Below, piece by piece: positions 61,777 to 64,000 of a DNA stretch of 64,000 nucleotides; the stretch's first letter is position 1, and each line of letters starts with the position of its first letter. The stretch is from a virus. The stretch is from IMG/VR virus record IMGVR_UViG_3300042197_003184, positions 32,001-96,000 of that record. One strand, written 5' to 3'. The notes beneath the pieces are model-generated. The model saw nothing but the letters and a program-made list of their open reading frames with translations, was not told the origin of the DNA and searched no databases. Both the position numbers and the translations under genes were made by a program.

Positions 61777-62513
61777 GATAAGGTCTCCTGTAAAAACTTT
61801 TGAATATCCATGCATTGATCATATATTGTCATGTTTTCATTATTGATAATATAATCAAAATTAGTCCAATCATAATTGTAAGAGTCTAGTGCTGCTTCGG
61901 CTGTAGCAGACGAATTGAATGGGTTTCTTGTCAAACGTATAATTTTACCACCGTGGGTCTTAATACTATCTACTTCATTCGGAAACCTACAATCAACTAT
62001 CACAGCAATCTCTGCTTTATCTTGCTGTATTTTACGTAAAGTTGTGGATACCCATACATCGCCTTTTATTTTGCGAAACAGGTCCGTTCCAACAACCTCC
62101 ATAACTTCTCTGGCTGTCATAGGTCCTTGTTTGGATATATTTCCTGGTATGTTTTCCCAAAAGATATCTGTTATACTGTTTTTGTCGTCGTCCGAACCAT
62201 AACACTGATCATATGATAGTCCTAGCATATTCATGCATATGTCCTGTTTAAGAGGATCAGCAAAGCTATATACTTTGATATATGGATCAAGAAGATTATA
62301 CAGCTTATTTAGCATAAAATCATTATTTCTTACTGATATGTCTAGTATACCCGAATAATTTTTATCACCAAATAAATCCGACACTACTATGCGTCCACAG
62401 TGGTCAATGTCTATTTTCTCACAAATGCCGAGTTCGGCCAATTTGAGTGATACAATAAAATTACCTGTGGTTGTTTTTCCCGATTGTTTACGTCCAGAAA
62501 TACCAATTATCAC
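61770..62513 (-). CDS. Deoxynucleoside monophosphate kinase
   Basis: IIGISGRKQSGKTT P-loop, SFADPLK, RE.M..VGT..FR, DCRFPNE. GTG start after GAGGT. Confidence 0.85.
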   Translation of the reverse strand: MIIGISGRKQSGKTTTGNFIVSLKLAELGICEKIDIDHCGRIVVSDLFGDKNYSGILDISVRNNDFMLNKLYNLLDPYIKVYSFADPLKQDICMNMLGLSYDQCYGSDDDKNSITDIFWENIPGNISKQGPMTAREVMEVVGTDLFRKIKGDVWVSTTLRKIQQDKAEIAVIVDCRFPNEVDSIKTHGGKIIRLTRNPFNSSATAEAALDSYNYDWTNFDYIINNENMTIYDQCMDIQKFLQETLSL

Positions 62514-62520
62514 AAATACC

Positions 62521-63660
62521 TCATCTGATTAGAGAAATAATATTATTACGAATATAATCCACACTGAGTTCTCCAACATCATCAGCAGGAATTTCTATGT
62601 TTTTAACGTTGTATGTTTTGTGGCACTTTTGCCTGATTTGTTCTGTGGCTTTGTGACCAGCAGTATCGTTGTCCATCATAGTAATGATAGTCATGGCTCC
62701 TGATGCATCAAGTATCATTTTTTGTCTATCGCTCAACGAAGAACCGAATATCGCTACGCTGTTTTGTATACCTGCCTCTGCCAAGCGCCATACATTACCA
62801 GGGCTCTCTACAAGAATTACGACGCCAGTTTCCAAAATAGATTGCTTAGCGAACCATATGTTATATAGGTGGTTCTGAGACTGAAAATTAAAACTATGCT
62901 TCCATTTCGAGTAGAACCTTTGATTTTCCGCAGATGGGCACGATTCGGGCTCTGGATGATAGGCAGAGCACTTAGGACACTTATCAAATATGCTTCTGCC
63001 TGTGCATCCGACCATATATTGGTATTTATGATCATAAATAGGAACCACTATTCTATTGCTCATTTCTTTATTTGGTTTATCACATAGTCCCACGTCATAT
63101 CTGTCTAGTATTTCTTGCGAATACCCCCTATCGAGATAATATTGTGCTGGTATTTTGAGATTTTGTCTAATTTTGACTCTAGTGATTTTATTATTATCTT
63201 CTGGTGTTTTGGTCACAGACATATGTTTTATAGCACCAATAAAAGACTTCTTATTGCGTTCAGTATGAGATATACGAATCTTACTAAGATCCTTATTAAT
63301 AAAGCTTAGACAAAAAGCCAGAGCTTCCTGAAAAGAACACTGATTGTCTCCTGGCTTTGTCCATCCATACTTAACGTTGGATATAACACCCCTAATGAAG
63401 CCTATGATAGATCCTTTAAAATGCTTTTCACACCCGTGTGTTCGGCATTTCCAATTACCTCTATATACTTCTCCATCCGGATATATATTTAATGCTGATT
63501 GGTTATCTCCTCCATGTATAGGACATGGCATTATAATCATTTTACCATTGGAATTGTATTCCAAATTAAAATGATCCAAAATCGGCTCTATTTGATCACA
63601 AATGTCATCGCAAACAACTTTTAGTTTTGCTTGATCATTCGAAGAGTATTTCTTCTTCAT
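62521..63660 (-). CDS. DNA primase (DnaG-like, zinc-binding plus Toprim)
   Basis: CPIH..DN...WKC...C zinc-binding domain, Y...RG, RIVVPI.D....VG..GR, and Toprim LVES...D.D.AG. The start is placed at the ATG at 63660 (the ORF track begins at 63678). Confidence 0.85.
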   Translation of the reverse strand: MKKKYSSNDQAKLKVVCDDICDQIEPILDHFNLEYNSNGKMIIMPCPIHGGDNQSALNIYPDGEVYRGNWKCRTHGCEKHFKGSIIGFIRGVISNVKYGWTKPGDNQCSFQEALAFCLSFINKDLSKIRISHTERNKKSFIGAIKHMSVTKTPEDNNKITRVKIRQNLKIPAQYYLDRGYSQEILDRYDVGLCDKPNKEMSNRIVVPIYDHKYQYMVGCTGRSIFDKCPKCSAYHPEPESCPSAENQRFYSKWKHSFNFQSQNHLYNIWFAKQSILETGVVILVESPGNVWRLAEAGIQNSVAIFGSSLSDRQKMILDASGAMTIITMMDNDTAGHKATEQIRQKCHKTYNVKNIEIPADDVGELSVDYIRNNIISLIR

Positions 63661-64000
63661 CGCTAGTGTCTGTTTCATTGACTAAAAATCCACCTTTATC
63701 TTGTTTATTATTGTGCATTAGTTCCAGTCGTGTTTGACCTTCTGTAATTTTAGCACACCAACCCTTCATATGACAATTAATATAATCGTTATCGTCCAAA
63801 CCTCCGCCATGACGACTAATTAAGGGAACCAATTTACGATTACCATGATTAGGTCCGTCTTCAGCTATTTCCTCGTCCGATTTTCTTTTGAAAATAGAGA
63901 AGTTGCTACATAACCAAATAATCCTGTCCGAACCGCTTGCCGTATCAGTGCTTTCTTTGGTGATGCCGTCTCGATTTAATTGTATGAATGCCACTATTGG
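63635..64000 (-). CDS. dnaB: Replicative DnaB-like helicase, C-terminal part (partial)
   Basis: P.VAF.QLNR......SGSD.I........F..K...RHG (SF4 helicase motifs H3/H4). It runs off the window edge, upstream of the primase. Confidence 0.8.
   Translation of the reverse strand, partial: PIVAFIQLNRDGITKESTDTASGSDRIIWLCSNFSIFKRKSDEEIAEDGPNHGNRKLVPLISRHGGGLDDNDYINCHMKGWCAKITEGQTRLELMHNNKQDKGGFLVNETDTSDEEEILFE

Noticed and set aside
60733-61815. CRISPR-associated Cas4
   Set aside because: There is no cas1/cas2 or array nearby. The replication-operon context fits a stand-alone phage PD-(D/E)XK exonuclease.
301-64000. Stop-codon reassignment (alternative genetic code)
   Set aside because: Very long ORFs are intact under code 11, and TAA, TAG and TGA all terminate genes at sensible boundaries.
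1-64000. tRNA, rRNA or structured ncRNA genes
   Set aside because: Intergenic gaps are at most ~110 nt and none shows a cloverleaf or other recognisable RNA. A covariance-model scan was not possible.

Overview
A 64-kb segment of a large tailed dsDNA phage genome (standard code 11, AT-rich, almost fully coding). The + strand (1-47412) is a tail morphogenesis block. It holds the end of a probable tail chaperone, a 5733-aa tape measure protein (TMP), several fibre/appendage proteins built on Thr-Pro and Pro-Gly low-complexity stalks, and three large baseplate-type proteins. The - strand (47409-64000) is a replication/modification block. It holds the end of a DnaB helicase, a primase, a dNMP kinase, a PD-(D/E)XK exonuclease, a DnaE polymerase split into two intein-free genes around a small ORF and a DEDDh exonuclease, an SSB, a cluster of about 8 glycosyltransferase-type genes, a homing-type endonuclease and a probable annealase. 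The most striking feature is the TMP. A 'FAxGG...D(S/T)VPAMLTPGEFV' module, usually seen once near TMP C-termini, is iterated 5-6 times. Together with shorter paired xxGG motifs, it brackets non-TMP globular segments with recognisable enzyme motifs (HAD phosphatase, PD-(D/E)XK-like, HExxH zincin). This suggests a cleavable polyprotein that delivers effectors during injection. No tRNA, rRNA, CRISPR array, integrase, intein or reverse transcriptase was seen. All functional calls come from motif reading by eye, not database searches.
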